Source: Chloroflexota bacterium (lineage in GTDB: Bacteria > Chloroflexota > UBA11872 > VXOZ01). From it: 64,000 nt of DNA. The stretch covers positions 1,696,001 through 1,760,000 of the forward strand of contig OY760183.1 of assembly GCA_963663275.1 (NCBI GenBank). The letters are read 5' to 3'. The notes under the pieces are model-generated. The model had not been told where the DNA came from. It made no database searches and worked only from the letters and a program-made list of their open reading frames with translations. This document shows positions 47,762-59,202 of the stretch, one piece after another; the first letter of the stretch is position 1; every line of letters begins with the position of its first letter. The position numbers and the translations under genes are program-made.

Positions 47762-50542
47762 ATGAGTACGGTAGATAGCTTCAATAGCAAGTCAACGTTT
47801 TCTGTTGGGGGAAATGCGTACACGCTCTATCGCCTGGCCGCGCTGGCGGAGGCGGGAATTGGCAACGTGGCGCGGCTGCCCTTCTCGATCAAGGTGTTGC
47901 TGGAGAGTCTCTTGCGCACCGAGGACGGTCGTTCCGTGCTGCGCGAGGACGTGGAGGCGCTGGCGAACTGGGACCCGCGCCAGGCCGGAGCGCGTGAGAT
48001 CAACTTCACCCCGGCGCGGGTGATACTCCAGGACTTTACCGGCGTGCCCTCCGTGGTTGACCTGGCGGCGATGCGAGAGGCGATCAGCGACCTGGGCGGC
48101 GATCCCGACCGCATCAATCCCTTGCAGCCGGCCGACCTCATCATCGACCACTCGGTGCAGGTGGACGTCTACGGCATGCCAGATGCGTTCGCCATCAACG
48201 CCCAACGCGAGTTCGCCCGCAACCAGGAGCGGTACGCCTTTCTGCGGTGGGGGCAGAAAGCCTTCGACAACTTCAGTATCGTGCCGCCGGATACGGGCAT
48301 CGTGCACCAGGTGAACCTGGAGTATCTGGGGCGGGTCGTCTTTGCCGATGAGCGCGGCGGCGAGCGTGTGGCCTATCTCGACTCGCTGGTGGGCACGGAC
48401 TCCCACACGACGATGATCAACGGTCTGGGCGTGCTCGGCTGGGGCGTGGGCGGCATCGAGGCCGAGGCGGTGATGCTGGGCCAACCCATCTCATTGCTGG
48501 TGCCGGAGGTGGTCGGCTTTCGTATCAGCGGCCGGCTGCCGGAAGGCGCGACCGCCACCGACCTGGTGCTTACCGTGACCCAGATGCTGCGGCAGCGGGG
48601 CGTGGTGGGCAAGTTCGTCGAGTTTTGCGGCCCGGGCCTGGCGTCGCTGAGCCTGCCCGACCGAGCCACGATTTCCAACATGGCGCCGGAATATGGGGCC
48701 ACCGTGGGCATCTTCCCGGTGGACGGCGAGACGATCCGCTACCTGCGCCTCACCGGACGGGATGAAGACCTGGTGCAACTGGTGGAGGCGTACTGCAAAG
48801 AACAGGGGATGTTCTACGGTCCCGGGGAGCCGGAGCCGGTCTTCTCGGACGTGCTCGAACTCGACCTGTCGGCGGTAGAGCCGAGTCTGGCCGGGCCTAA
48901 GCGGCCTCAAGACCGGGTGCCGCTGCACGGCGTGCGGCAGAGTTTTCACGACGCCTATCCGGAGAAATTCGCGCAGGCTAACGGCAACGGAGCGACGGGA
49001 AGCGGCGGTGCGGCGGGCGCAGTTGCGCAAGAGAGTGGCGCGGTAGCCGTGGCGGACCCGGCCGCAAACGTCGATGTCTCGTTGGACGGCGTGCCCGCGC
49101 GCATTGGCGAAGGCTCCGTGGTGATCGCGGCCATTACGAGTTGCACGAACACGTCAAATCCGGCGGTGATGATCGGCGCGGGCCTCCTGGCCAGGAACGC
49201 CGTGGCCGCGGGCATTGGCCGCAAGCCGTGGGTGAAGACGAGCCTGGCGCCCGGCTCGCGGGTGGTGATGGACTACCTGGAGAAGCTCGACCTGGTGCCG
49301 CATCTGGAGGCGCTGGGCTTCCACCTGGTGGGCTACGGCTGCACCACGTGTATCGGCAACAGCGGGCCGCTGGCGCCGCCGCTGGAAGAGACGATCGGCG
49401 ATCACGAACTGGCGGTGGCGGCGGTGCTGAGCGGCAACCGCAACTTCGAGGGCAGAATTCACCCCTTGGTGCGGGCCTCGTACCTTGCCTCGCCGCCGTT
49501 GGTGGTGGCCTACGCGCTGGCGGGCACGGTCAACACCGATCTGACGCGCGATCCCATCGGCCGCAATGAAACGGGCGGCCCGGTTTACTTGCGGGACATC
49601 TGGCCCAGCCAGCGCGAGATTGCCGACGCCATGGCGCGGGTGGTGGACGCGGAGATGTTCCGCCGGCAGTACGACACGGTGTTCGAGGGTATGTCCGAGT
49701 GGGAGACCCTGGAAGCGCCTGAGGGCACGTTGTTCGCGTGGGACCCGGACTCTACCTACGTGCGCCAGCCGCCGTTCTTTGCGGACATGGAGCCGGAACC
49801 GGGGTCTCCGACCGACATCGCGGACGCCCGGGTGCTCGCCGTGGTGGGCGACTCGGTGACCACCGACCACATTTCTCCTGCCGGGTCGATTGCCAAAGAC
49901 AGCCCGGCGGGCGCGTACCTCATCGACCAAGGCGTGCAGCCGCGCGAGTTCAATTCCTATGGGTCGCGCCGGGGCAATCACGAGGTGATGATGCGCGGCA
50001 CGTTCGCCAACGTGCGGCTGCGCAATCTGCTTGTCTCCCGCGAGGGCGGCTGGACGCTGCACCTGCCGGACGAAACGGAGACGACCATCTACGACGCCTC
50101 CATGCAATACCAGCAGGACGGCGTGCCGCTGCTGCTGTTGGCGGGGAAAGACTACGGCATGGGTTCCAGCCGCGACTGGGCCGCCAAAGGGCCGGCGCTG
50201 CTGGGCGTGCGCGCCGTTATCGCCGAAAGCTACGAGCGCATCCACCGCAGCAATTTGGTGGGCATGGGCGTGCTGCCGCTCCAGTATGAGGAGGGTGAGA
50301 GCGCGGCGTCGCTGGGGCTGACCGGCAAGGAGACGTTCTCAATTGAGGGCATCGCGGAGGGTCTGACTCCGCGCAAGCCGGTGACCGTCCGCGCGCGGGG
50401 CGCCGACGGGGATGAAAAGACCTTCACCGCGATTGCCCGCATCAACACGCCGATTGAGGTGGACTACTACCGGCACGGCGGGGTGTTGCAGTACGTGCTG
50501 CGCAATCTGCTTGCGCATGGCGGGAATGGTGACGCGAGCTAG
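47762..50542 (+). CDS. acnA: Aconitate hydratase AcnA
   Basis: [53 protein letters not shown]. Confidence 0.97.
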   Translation: MSTVDSFNSKSTFSVGGNAYTLYRLAALAEAGIGNVARLPFSIKVLLESLLRTEDGRSVLREDVEALANWDPRQAGAREINFTPARVILQDFTGVPSVVDLAAMREAISDLGGDPDRINPLQPADLIIDHSVQVDVYGMPDAFAINAQREFARNQERYAFLRWGQKAFDNFSIVPPDTGIVHQVNLEYLGRVVFADERGGERVAYLDSLVGTDSHTTMINGLGVLGWGVGGIEAEAVMLGQPISLLVPEVVGFRISGRLPEGATATDLVLTVTQMLRQRGVVGKFVEFCGPGLASLSLPDRATISNMAPEYGATVGIFPVDGETIRYLRLTGRDEDLVQLVEAYCKEQGMFYGPGEPEPVFSDVLELDLSAVEPSLAGPKRPQDRVPLHGVRQSFHDAYPEKFAQANGNGATGSGGAAGAVAQESGAVAVADPAANVDVSLDGVPARIGEGSVVIAAITSCTNTSNPAVMIGAGLLARNAVAAGIGRKPWVKTSLAPGSRVVMDYLEKLDLVPHLEALGFHLVGYGCTTCIGNSGPLAPPLEETIGDHELAVAAVLSGNRNFEGRIHPLVRASYLASPPLVVAYALAGTVNTDLTRDPIGRNETGGPVYLRDIWPSQREIADAMARVVDAEMFRRQYDTVFEGMSEWETLEAPEGTLFAWDPDSTYVRQPPFFADMEPEPGSPTDIADARVLAVVGDSVTTDHISPAGSIAKDSPAGAYLIDQGVQPREFNSYGSRRGNHEVMMRGTFANVRLRNLLVSREGGWTLHLPDETETTIYDASMQYQQDGVPLLLLAGKDYGMGSSRDWAAKGPALLGVRAVIAESYERIHRSNLVGMGVLPLQYEEGESAASLGLTGKETFSIEGIAEGLTPRKPVTVRARGADGDEKTFTAIARINTPIEVDYYRHGGVLQYVLRNLLAHGGNGDAS

Positions 50543-50685
50543 GCGCGTCGCCAAGGATGATGTCTGTCATTCGCGCGAAGAGGCGGGGGACAAGCCCCCG
50601 CGCTACGGTGTGGCGGTGGGGTTTGAGGGACACTGCCGAAGACAGCGTAGGCGGGGTAGGAGTTTTCCTGCAGCAGGAGTAGCCG

Positions 50686-51654
50686 ATGCGCATTGCGATA
50701 TTGGAGATCAGCCACTGGCACGTGCCGCTCTATCTGCCGGCGTTTACGGCGCTGGGCATCACGCCGGTGGCGGTGTCGGACGAGCAGCCGGGGTATGCCG
50801 AGCGGTTTGCCGGTCAATTCTCCGGCTGCGCTCCCTATCGGGACTATGTTGAACTGCTGGATAATGAAAAACCCGATTTCGTCTTTGCGTTCGGTCGGTA
50901 CCGCTTGCAGCCGGAGATCGCAACCCAACTGCTGGAACGGCGCATTCCGTTCGTCATCGAGAAACCGCTCGGCACCGACGCGAGTCAATTCGAACGGTTG
51001 ATTGGGCTTGCTAAAGAGAACGACGTTTTCGTTGCCATTCCGCTCACGAATCGCGCCGCGCCTTTTTCCCAGGCGGTGATGGAGTTGCGCGCCAGCGGCC
51101 GCCTGGGGCAAATCCGGCACGCGCATTTCCGCTACGCCGGGGGGCCGGTACAGCGGTACGTGGATTCCGGCTGTCCGTGGATGCTGAAAGCCGAAGAGTC
51201 CGGCGGCGGTTCGCTGCGCAATCTGGGGGTGCATTACGCCGACCTGTTTTCCTGGTTTACGGGCAGCGCGGAGGTGCGGGTCGGCTCCGCCCATCTGCGG
51301 CGCATCACGCCGGGCATTCCGGTTGAGGAATACGCCAACGTCACGTTCTGCGGCGACGACAACGCCTTTGCCGCCGTCGAGGTGGCGTATACGTATCCCG
51401 CGGACGCCGCCGACGTGGTCTGGAACGTGAGCGACGGCACAACCTACGTCACCTACCGCGACGGCGCAACCCGCATCATTACCGAAGAGGGCGTGGAAGA
51501 GCGCGGCGGCCACTCGGTACCGGGTCTCTATCAGGACTTCGTGAGGGATACGTTGCAGGCGTACCGCGAGGGCGGCGCGCCGTTGGCTACGCTTGAAGAC
51601 ATGCGCCGGGCGATGGTGTTGGTGGACGCCTGCTACGCGCTGGCGGGTGATTAG
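50686..51654 (+). CDS. Gfo/Idh/MocA family oxidoreductase
   Basis: KPDFV, IEKP, GGGSLRNLGVHYAD. Confidence 0.88.
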   Translation: MRIAILEISHWHVPLYLPAFTALGITPVAVSDEQPGYAERFAGQFSGCAPYRDYVELLDNEKPDFVFAFGRYRLQPEIATQLLERRIPFVIEKPLGTDASQFERLIGLAKENDVFVAIPLTNRAAPFSQAVMELRASGRLGQIRHAHFRYAGGPVQRYVDSGCPWMLKAEESGGGSLRNLGVHYADLFSWFTGSAEVRVGSAHLRRITPGIPVEEYANVTFCGDDNAFAAVEVAYTYPADAADVVWNVSDGTTYVTYRDGATRIITEEGVEERGGHSVPGLYQDFVRDTLQAYREGGAPLATLEDMRRAMVLVDACYALAGD

Positions 51655-51677
51655 ACCTTGCCGTGAGGAATGGTGGA

Positions 51678-52385
51678 ATGGATGCACGCACGATCTTGAT
51701 TGGCAGCGGCACGGCGGGCACGGGAGAAGCCGTCATAGGGGCGTTTCTCCAGGCGGGCTATCGCGTGGCGGCCACGAGCCGGGACCTTGACCGGCTACAG
51801 CCGATCTTGAGTAGCATTCCTCAAGGCGATGCCGTGCTCGGCATAGAGGCCGATCTTTTGCGGCCGGATGACGCCGCGAGCGCGGTGGCGCGGGCGCGCG
51901 ACGCCTTTGGCCGTCTGGACGCGGTTACGCTGCTCTCCGGCGGTTTCGCGCAGCGCGAGGCGGCGCAGACCACGCTGTCAGACCTCCAGCAGCAGATCGA
52001 AGCGAACCTCTACACAACCTACAATCTCGTCCGCGCGGCGCTGCCGGTGATGCTGGCGCAGGGGCAGGGACACATCATTACAATCGCCGGCGGCAGCGCG
52101 TTGGATCCGGCGCCGGGGCGGGCGCTCTTCGGCGCGAGCAAGGCGGCGGTGGTCACGTTCACCAAGGGCGTGGCCCGCGACTACAAGCAGCGCGGCATCG
52201 TGCCTACCTGCCTCGTGGCCGGCACGATCGCGACCGCCGAGGCGGAGGAATACCTGGATGAGGAAGACCTGCGAAATGCGGTTAGTCTCGAGGAGTTCGC
52301 CGACGCGCTGGTTTTCCTCGCCTCGCCGGAGGCGACGGGTTTTGCTGGCAGCATCCTGGAACTCTACGCGCGCGAGGTTGATTAA
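51678..52385 (+). CDS. SDR family oxidoreductase (atypical)
   Basis: GTAGTG, FGRLD, FGASK in place of YxxxK. Confidence 0.8.
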   Translation: MDARTILIGSGTAGTGEAVIGAFLQAGYRVAATSRDLDRLQPILSSIPQGDAVLGIEADLLRPDDAASAVARARDAFGRLDAVTLLSGGFAQREAAQTTLSDLQQQIEANLYTTYNLVRAALPVMLAQGQGHIITIAGGSALDPAPGRALFGASKAAVVTFTKGVARDYKQRGIVPTCLVAGTIATAEAEEYLDEEDLRNAVSLEEFADALVFLASPEATGFAGSILELYAREVD

Positions 52386-52699
52386 GCGCATTGTCGAAGA
52401 TGGTGTGTGCCTTTGATGCCAAGAGGCGGGGGACAAGCCCCCGCGCTACGCTAGTGGGTGTCAGTCACGCCAAGAGGCGGGGGGCAAGCCCCCGCGCTAC
52501 GGTGAAGTGACGGTATAGCGGTTGAGGCCCACGTTCCGCTGTAGATTCCTCGCTGCGCTCGGAATGACATGAAGTGTCAACACAGCTTGGGCGTGATTGC
52601 CGTTTCGCGGTGGCAGTTGTGTGATTGCGGTTTCGCGGGCGTGGTTGGTAGTATGGTAATTAGAGGCGCGGCGGAAAACGGAGCCAGGAGTCCATAAAT

Positions 52700-53008
52700 A
52701 TGGCTGTAGTTGGTGAGGACATCATTCGCGAAGGCCTGAAGGAAGTCATCGACCCCGAATTGGGCGTCAATATCGTGGACTTGGGCCTTATCTATGAAAT
52801 CGAAACGGCCGACGACAACAACGTGCAGATCAAGATGACGCTCACGTTCCCCGGCTGCCCGGCCGGGCCGTACATCATCGCCCAGGTGCACCAGGTGGTG
52901 GAAGACCTGGAGGGCGTGGAGGACGTGGACGTGGAAATCGTCTGGGATCCGGCGTGGTCGCCGGAGATGATGTCCGAAGAAATTCGCATGGAATACGGGT
53001 ATATGTAG
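52700..53008 (+). CDS. Metal-sulfur cluster assembly factor (DUF59/SufT)
   Basis: VIDPELGVNIVDLGLIY, MTLTFPGCP, VWDPAW. Confidence 0.92.
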   Translation: MAVVGEDIIREGLKEVIDPELGVNIVDLGLIYEIETADDNNVQIKMTLTFPGCPAGPYIIAQVHQVVEDLEGVEDVDVEIVWDPAWSPEMMSEEIRMEYGYM

Positions 53009-53155
53009 GCCCGCGGCCCTTGCACGCGGCTTACGCGGCCCTTGGGACTATGCACAGCCGCCGGATGAAAAGCGTGAGCGCTCGTCCGGCGGCTGTCGCG
53101 TGTCCCATGCCTGACGCGGCGCATGGGCGCGCAACCTATAGGAAAGCGCGGGCGC

Positions 53156-54289
53156 ATGGCTGAAGACGTTGGGCTCATCATCTTCGCGGGCAAGGAAGGC
53201 CCCAGCGCGCTCGAGGGCCTCGTTTACGAGAGTCACCGCGCCATCGCGCGCGATCTCATCGAGAAAGCGCAGGCGGCGGGCGGGTTTGCGCCAGTCGTCG
53301 TGGCGGCGGCGCGGCCCGAATCTTTCAGCGGCATTTCCGCCGGCGTCATCGTCGAGGCCACCGACCCGACGGGCGGCTTCCACTTTGGCCGCACGTTGGC
53401 CGACATCGTTGCCCGCCACCGGCTCGAGCGGGTGCTCTATATCGGCGGCGGCAGCGGGCCGCTGCTCTCCGTTGCTGAACTCGCCGCCTTGCGAGATGTC
53501 GTTGCGCGGCTCGACCATGGCGTGACCGCCAACAATTTCTTCTCCGCGGACTTCATCGGCTTTCATCCGGGCAGCGCGCTCACGGCGGTCGAACTGCCTC
53601 CCAAGCGCGACAACGGCCTGGCGCGCCGGTTAGCGCAGGACGCCGGCCTGGCGCACGACCCGCTGGAACCCACCATCGCGGGAATATTCGACATAGACAC
53701 CCCCACCGACCTTGCCATGCTGGCGCTCCATCCCCTCTGCGGCCCGGCCGCGCGGGCGTACGTGGAAGAGGAAGCGGTCGCGCGGCAATTGGCCCCACTC
53801 AGCGCGCGTCTGCGTGAGGCGATGCCGACCTTCGTGCGGCCCGATGAGGAGCTTATTCTCGCCGGCCGGGTCAGCGCGCAACTCTGGCCGTTGCTGCGGC
53901 GCGACCTAGCCTGCCGCATCCGCGTCTTTTCCGAAGAGCGCGGCATGAGCGCCAGCGACCGGCCGGTGCGTTCGTTGCTCGGCTTTTTCCTAGAGGAAGT
54001 TGGGCCGGCGGCGTTCTTCGAGGCCTTCCGCCAGATGGGCGACGCGCTCTTTCTGGATACGCGGGTGCTTTACGCCCACGGCGGTCGCCCGGTCAGCGGG
54101 CGCGATCGCTTTGCCGCCGATATGGGGTTGACGGGCGCAATTGGCGATAAGGCCGTACGCGCGTTGGCCGCGGCGGCGTGGGACGCCGGTTTTCCGGTTA
54201 TCCTGGGCGGCAACGCGGCGGTGAGCGGCGGTTTGTGGGCGCTGGCGGACGCCGCGTGGCGGCTGCACGACGACGGCGCGCTGCTGTGA
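53156..54289 (+). CDS. Hypothetical protein with CofC/DUF2064-like nucleotidyltransferase-fold N-terminal part
   Basis: Long ORF with biased codon use; FDIDTPTDL resembles the GT-A/CofC-like DxDxxxDL motif. Confidence 0.6.
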   Translation: MAEDVGLIIFAGKEGPSALEGLVYESHRAIARDLIEKAQAAGGFAPVVVAAARPESFSGISAGVIVEATDPTGGFHFGRTLADIVARHRLERVLYIGGGSGPLLSVAELAALRDVVARLDHGVTANNFFSADFIGFHPGSALTAVELPPKRDNGLARRLAQDAGLAHDPLEPTIAGIFDIDTPTDLAMLALHPLCGPAARAYVEEEAVARQLAPLSARLREAMPTFVRPDEELILAGRVSAQLWPLLRRDLACRIRVFSEERGMSASDRPVRSLLGFFLEEVGPAAFFEAFRQMGDALFLDTRVLYAHGGRPVSGRDRFAADMGLTGAIGDKAVRALAAAAWDAGFPVILGGNAAVSGGLWALADAAWRLHDDGALL

Positions 54290-54400
54290 GAGACGTCTAC
54301 GCAACGCCGGGCAGCCGCGCCCGCGTCGGCCAATATGCGCTATGATGGGGATGCGGCCCGCGCGGTCCGCGTGGGCCTGTCACGGTGAGGATTCGTCAAC

Positions 54401-54757
54401 ATGGCAAAGAAGACACGTACCAAGAAACCGCAAAACGGGGACGGCTTGGAGGAAGAACTCAAGCTGGCGGTTACGGCGCGGCGGGAGTTGGGCGAGCAGT
54501 ATGAGGACGAAGTGGTGGAGGCCCTTGCCGAGCGCATCGAGGCGCACATCGACGCGCGGGTGCAGGCCGCCCTGGGCAAGTCGCGCAAGCAGTCGAAGTC
54601 GGACGCGAAGTCGTTTCTGGCCGTGGCCATGCCGACGATGGGCATTGGCATTCCGTTGCTTGCGATCGGGGCCGGTGTGGCCGGCGCGGGCGGCTTCTAC
54701 GCGGTGCTGGGGATGATCTTTGTCATCAACCTGGCGTGGATTGCGCGTTCGCGGTAG
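54401..54757 (+). CDS. Small hypothetical membrane protein
   Basis: ARRELGEQYE helical region plus two C-terminal TM helices; RBS GAGG. Confidence 0.7.
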   Translation: MAKKTRTKKPQNGDGLEEELKLAVTARRELGEQYEDEVVEALAERIEAHIDARVQAALGKSRKQSKSDAKSFLAVAMPTMGIGIPLLAIGAGVAGAGGFYAVLGMIFVINLAWIARSR

Positions 54758-54796
54758 CGGCGTATCACCCTCACCCTAACCCTCTCCCCCAGGGAG

Positions 54797-54942
54797 CTGA
54801 CAGGGGTAGGCATTCTACATCCGACTTCACGTGTCATTCCGAGCGGAGCGCAGCGGAGAGAGGAATCTAAGGCTTTCGCTGCAAAAACGTCGGTTCTAGA
54901 TTCCTCGCTCCGCTCGGAATGACACTTGCCTACCCCTGTCAG
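54797..54942. mobile_element. MITE family A (146 bp)
   Basis: TIR CTGACAGGGGTAGGCA; direct repeat CCCCCAGGGAG at 54786-54796 and 54943-54953; near-identical to 36945-37090 in inverted orientation. Confidence 0.82.
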
Positions 54943-55019
54943 CCCCCAGGGAGAGAGGACTTGCAGGCACGTGACGCCGGCCCGATTCCCAGGGAGAGGG
55001 GACGTGCGGCCGCGTGACC

Positions 55020-55880
55020 CTATCCGTCTCCGGAGGGAGAGGGCGCCTGCGACCACATGCGGTGCAGGATGGCTGCGCCGACCAGCAGCAGGGCGACGCC
55101 GGTGAGCGTGAACCACCAAGGCTGGTGCGCGTGCACGCCTTCTTCCCAGGCGTTGAAGCCTTGGATCTCCGCTTCCAGAACGTCGGCGGCAACGACCACC
55201 ATGCCGTTATTCAGCGCGTGGCCGAGCAGCGCCGGCAGAATCGAGCCTGTGCGCACCGTCCACCAGCCAAAGGCGAGGCCGAGCAGGAACGCGCCCACGA
55301 ACTGCCAGGGGTTCAGGTGGATTGCGCCAAAGAGCAACGCCGTGCCGAATATGGCCCAGCCGGCGCCGTAGTTGCGCGCGAAGCCGTGGAGCAGGATGCC
55401 GCGAAAGAGCGGCTCTTCGGTGAGCGGGGCGATCACGACCAGCACGATGAACGTGCCCAAAGCGAAACCCTGGCCCAGGCCAAGTTCGGACAGCATCTCC
55501 GTGAACCAGTCCGGCACCGGCAGGAAGCGCTGCAAGACGTTGTCGAGTTCGGAGATGACGATGATGAGCCCCAGCGTCATGGCAAGCATCGGCGGGACCT
55601 GGATGAGCGGAAAGCCGCGCAGATAGAACAAGCGCCGGGCCGGCACGCGCGACCACGCCGCGCCCAGGATGCAGGTAGCGCCGAAGGTGGCAACGCTCAC
55701 GATGGCGAGCATGGCGGCCATTTCGGGCATAGACATGGATTGCAGGGCGAGGTACGCGCCCACGACGGCGCTCGCGCCCACTTGCAGCAGCATGAGCAGT
55801 CCCAGCAGCAGCAGCGCCTGCCGGATGATGGGAAAGGCGCGGGTTCGCGTGTGGCCGTTCTCAGGATTTGATGCGGTCAT
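55020..55880 (-). CDS. CPBP (CAAX/Abi) family intramembrane metalloprotease
   Basis: EEPLFRG, FGAIH, GHALNN. Confidence 0.9.
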   Translation of the reverse strand: MTASNPENGHTRTRAFPIIRQALLLLGLLMLLQVGASAVVGAYLALQSMSMPEMAAMLAIVSVATFGATCILGAAWSRVPARRLFYLRGFPLIQVPPMLAMTLGLIIVISELDNVLQRFLPVPDWFTEMLSELGLGQGFALGTFIVLVVIAPLTEEPLFRGILLHGFARNYGAGWAIFGTALLFGAIHLNPWQFVGAFLLGLAFGWWTVRTGSILPALLGHALNNGMVVVAADVLEAEIQGFNAWEEGVHAHQPWWFTLTGVALLLVGAAILHRMWSQAPSPSGDG

Positions 55881-56044
55881 TGCCCTGTACAGCGGGTCTT
55901 CCGCGCGGGTTGGCGCGAGTGTGCCGGAGGTCGTAAGACAACGTTGCTTTACGGGTCCAGTATAGCACCGCCGGTCGCGGGGGCATTCGCGCTGTGGGTG
56001 CGTAGACGCTACAATAAAGGGCAGTGTGTTTCGTTGCCAAGAGC

Positions 56045-56126
56045 GCTTCGACGGGCTCAGCGCGAACGGGTAGTTGGGTGGAGGGCGTGCGAGGGGTGGC
56101 GCTTCGACGGGCTCAGCGCGAACGGG
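56045..56126. repeat. Two CTTCGACGGGCTCAGCGCGAACGG repeats
   Basis: Family also at about 32925, 44786 and 61300. Confidence 0.75.
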
Positions 56127-56211
56127 TTGTTGGGTGGCGGGCGTGTGGACGGCGGCGATAGAGGCCAGCGTAAGGCGATAGCGGAACGGTAGCAGAAGGA
56201 TAGCAGACACG

Positions 56212-57048
56212 GTGAGTGTAGAGATGAAGATGTCAATTGCAGAGCTTGAGGAGCAGGCGCGCGTCATACGGCGCGACATCATTACGTGCACCACGATTGC
56301 CGGCTCGGGGCACCCGTCGAGTTCGCTTTCCGGTGTGGAAATCATGGCGGCGCTCTATTTCGGCGGCATCATGCAGTATGATCCCGCGGCGCCGCAGTGG
56401 GAAGACCGGGACCGGTTGATCATGAGCAAGGGTCACGCCAGCCCGTTGCTGTACGTCGTCCTGGCGCACGCCGGGTACTTTTCCACGGACATGCTGCCCA
56501 CGCTGCGGCAGATCGAGAGCCCGCTGGAGGGGCATCCCAACATGACCCGCCTGGCCGGCGTGGAAGCCAGCACCGGCTCGTTGGGCCAGGGTCTTTCGAT
56601 TGGACTGGGCCACGCCTTTGCCGCGCGGCTGGAGCAGAAGGACTTTCACGTGTTCGTCATCCTGGGCGACGGCGAGCAGGACGAAGGGCAGATCTGGGAG
56701 GCCGCCATGACCGCGGCCCATTACAAGCTGGACAACGTGACGGCCATCGTGGACCACAACAAGGCCCAGCAGACCGGCTGGGTGCGCGACGTGATGGATT
56801 ACGCGCCGCTGGCCGAAAAGTGGCGGGCGTTCCAGTGGGACGTGCAGGAGATCGACGGACACGACATGGAGACGGTGGCAACCGCGCTGCAACGGGCCAA
56901 GGCCGTGGAGGGCCGCCCCTCGTGCATCATCGCGCACACCGTGAAGGGCAAGGGCGTCTCGTTCGTGGAAGCGGACTACGGGTATCACGGCAAGTCGCTC
57001 ACCAAGGAAGAAGAGCGGCGCGCCCTGGAGGAACTGGGATGGCAGTAA
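56212..57048 (+). CDS. Transketolase, N-terminal subunit
   Basis: GSGHP, DRLIMSKGH, GSLGQG, GDGEQDEG TPP motif. Confidence 0.94.
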   Translation: MSVEMKMSIAELEEQARVIRRDIITCTTIAGSGHPSSSLSGVEIMAALYFGGIMQYDPAAPQWEDRDRLIMSKGHASPLLYVVLAHAGYFSTDMLPTLRQIESPLEGHPNMTRLAGVEASTGSLGQGLSIGLGHAFAARLEQKDFHVFVILGDGEQDEGQIWEAAMTAAHYKLDNVTAIVDHNKAQQTGWVRDVMDYAPLAEKWRAFQWDVQEIDGHDMETVATALQRAKAVEGRPSCIIAHTVKGKGVSFVEADYGYHGKSLTKEEERRALEELGWQ

Positions 57049-57992
57049 CACCTGAACTCGAACTGACAATGGGCAAGGCCACCCGCGACGCGTTCGGCGC
57101 GGCGCTGCGCGAGGCCGGCCGCGCGAATCCGGATATCGTGGTGGTGGACGGCGACGTGCACAACTCGACCCGCACCGAGTGGTTCGCGCAGGAGTTTCCG
57201 GAGCGCTTCATCAACGTGGGCATTGCGGAATCGAACCTGGTGGGCATCGGCGCGGGCCTGGCGGCCTGCGGCAAACTGCCGGTGATTGCCAGCTTTGCCT
57301 GCTTCATCATGTGCAACGGCTACGACCAGTTGCGCATGTCGATCGCCTTTCCCAATCTGAACGTCAAGGTGGTGGGCAGCCACGCCGGCATCAGCATCGG
57401 CGAGGACGGCCCGTCGCAGATGGCAATCGAGGACGTTGCCCTGGCGTTGGGCCTGCCGACCTTTACGGTGATCGTGCCCGCCGACGAGCCGTCCACCCAC
57501 AAAGCGGTGGCGGCCATGCTGGAAACGGAAGGCCCGGCCTACATGCGCGTGGGCCGTCCCGACGTGCCGGTGGTCTACGGCGACGACGCGCCCTTCACGT
57601 TGGGCGCGGCCAACGAACTGCGCGGCGGCAACGACGTAACGCTCGTTGCCAACGGCATCATGGTGGCGGCCGCGTTGGAAGCGGCCCAGACGCTGGCCTC
57701 TGAGGGCGTGCAGGCGCGGGTGCTGGACGTGCACACCGTGCGGCCGCTGGACGTGGAGGCGATTGCGCGGGCGGCGCGCGAAACGGGCAAGATCGTGGTG
57801 GCGGAAGAACACCTGGTGCACGGCGGGCTGGGCAGCATGGTCGCCATGGCGGTGGCCGAGCATGCCCCGTGCCGGATGGCGTTCGTGGGCGTGCAGGATA
57901 CGTACGCCGAGTCCGGCGCGCCGGACGAATTGCTCAAGAAGTATGGCTTGACTGCGGAGCACGTCGCGGACAAGGCCCGCGGCCTGTTGTAG
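57039..57992 (+). CDS. Transketolase, C-terminal subunit
   Basis: ATRDAFG, GIAESN, GEDGPSQ, EEH. Confidence 0.94.
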   Translation: MAVTPELELTMGKATRDAFGAALREAGRANPDIVVVDGDVHNSTRTEWFAQEFPERFINVGIAESNLVGIGAGLAACGKLPVIASFACFIMCNGYDQLRMSIAFPNLNVKVVGSHAGISIGEDGPSQMAIEDVALALGLPTFTVIVPADEPSTHKAVAAMLETEGPAYMRVGRPDVPVVYGDDAPFTLGAANELRGGNDVTLVANGIMVAAALEAAQTLASEGVQARVLDVHTVRPLDVEAIARAARETGKIVVAEEHLVHGGLGSMVAMAVAEHAPCRMAFVGVQDTYAESGAPDELLKKYGLTAEHVADKARGLL

Positions 57993-58240
57993 CGGCCTGG
58001 CGGCGGCCCGGGCCGCCGCTTGTATTCTGCCGCCGTACAAGGCATGATAGAAGGTAGCTTTCCTGCTTCCGATTAGCCAACACGGTGTGTGTTGCACTGT
58101 GCTGAACCATCCCCCTTTTTCCTCTCCCCCGGTTCCAGCGCAGACGATGGTGCGCACAGCTTTGATCCAGAGAGAATTTTGCTATGCGCCTGACGCGCAG
58201 GCGGTAGCGAACGGCATTGTGTAGAGGAGGAGTGTCAACA

Positions 58241-59059
58241 GTGGAAACGAGCGTTAGGCGCTATTGGCGCACGTTGCTGGCGCTGGGACTGGCGCTGATG
58301 GTGACGGGGTGCATCCCGTTTGTGGGGGATAGCGAGGATGAAGCAACGCCAACTCCCGACGTAATCCCGACGGTAATCCGTCCGGGAGCGACGGCAACGC
58401 CGTCGATAGCGCCGCCGGCCTCACCGGTGCCGACGCTCGTGCCGTTGCCTACCCAGGCGCCGCAGACCGCCGCGACCGCGCCGGCCGCGTGTACGCCGCG
58501 CGCCGATTGGCCGGAATACACGGTGCAGTCGGGCGAATCGCTCTACGGTATCGCGCTGCGCACCGATACGACCACGGCCGCGCTACAGTCGGCGAACTGC
58601 CTGGACGATCCCGACAAGATCTTCGAGGGCCAGAAACTGCGCGTGCCTACCGTTCCGTCCGCGCCGACGCCGGCGGCGACCGCCGCGCCCGGCGCGACGC
58701 CGGGGACGTTCTTCCCCACGCCTACGGCCGCAGCGCCGGCTGAGGTGGAGTTCACGTTTGTCATCGCCAACGACTCGGCGGCGCCGGGCATTGAGAACCA
58801 ATATGACGCGCTGAAAGACCCGGTCCAAATGAGCATTTTGGCATCGGGTGCGGTTCGGATTGATCTCGTGCGCGTGGGAGATAGCAGCATTTTGGGCACG
58901 GCCGAGGCGTCATCCGGAAACACCTATGCGGGCGGCACCTTCCTGCTGCGCAAGATAGACCAGCTTGAGGGATTTAACTACCTGCTCTTCAGAGTAAAGG
59001 CCACGAAGCCGGATGGGGAGATTGTGGAGAGCAATCCGATTCTGATCAGATTCCCATAG
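58241..59059 (+). CDS. LysM domain lipoprotein with Pro/Thr-rich linkers
   Basis: Lipobox VTGC; YTVQSGESLYGIA...ANCLDDPDKIFEGQKLRVP. Confidence 0.85.
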   Translation: METSVRRYWRTLLALGLALMVTGCIPFVGDSEDEATPTPDVIPTVIRPGATATPSIAPPASPVPTLVPLPTQAPQTAATAPAACTPRADWPEYTVQSGESLYGIALRTDTTTAALQSANCLDDPDKIFEGQKLRVPTVPSAPTPAATAAPGATPGTFFPTPTAAAPAEVEFTFVIANDSAAPGIENQYDALKDPVQMSILASGAVRIDLVRVGDSSILGTAEASSGNTYAGGTFLLRKIDQLEGFNYLLFRVKATKPDGEIVESNPILIRFP

Positions 59060-59160
59060 GCGGGGGCGCCTTAACGCGCAAGAGCGGAGCCTGCCTGCGC
59101 TCTCCTTAGCGGGTTCCTTGGGCTTCTTTGCGCGGTTACACAATCCTTGAAACGCAATTG

Positions 59161-59202
59161 CAACGCCGTAGGGGCACGACATGTCGTGCCCCTACGGCGT
59201 TG
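59161..59202. repeat. Perfect 42-bp palindrome of the GTAGGGGCACGAC REP family, possible terminator
   Basis: CAACGCCGTAGGGGCACGACATGTCGTGCCCCTACGGCGTTG. Confidence 0.75.
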
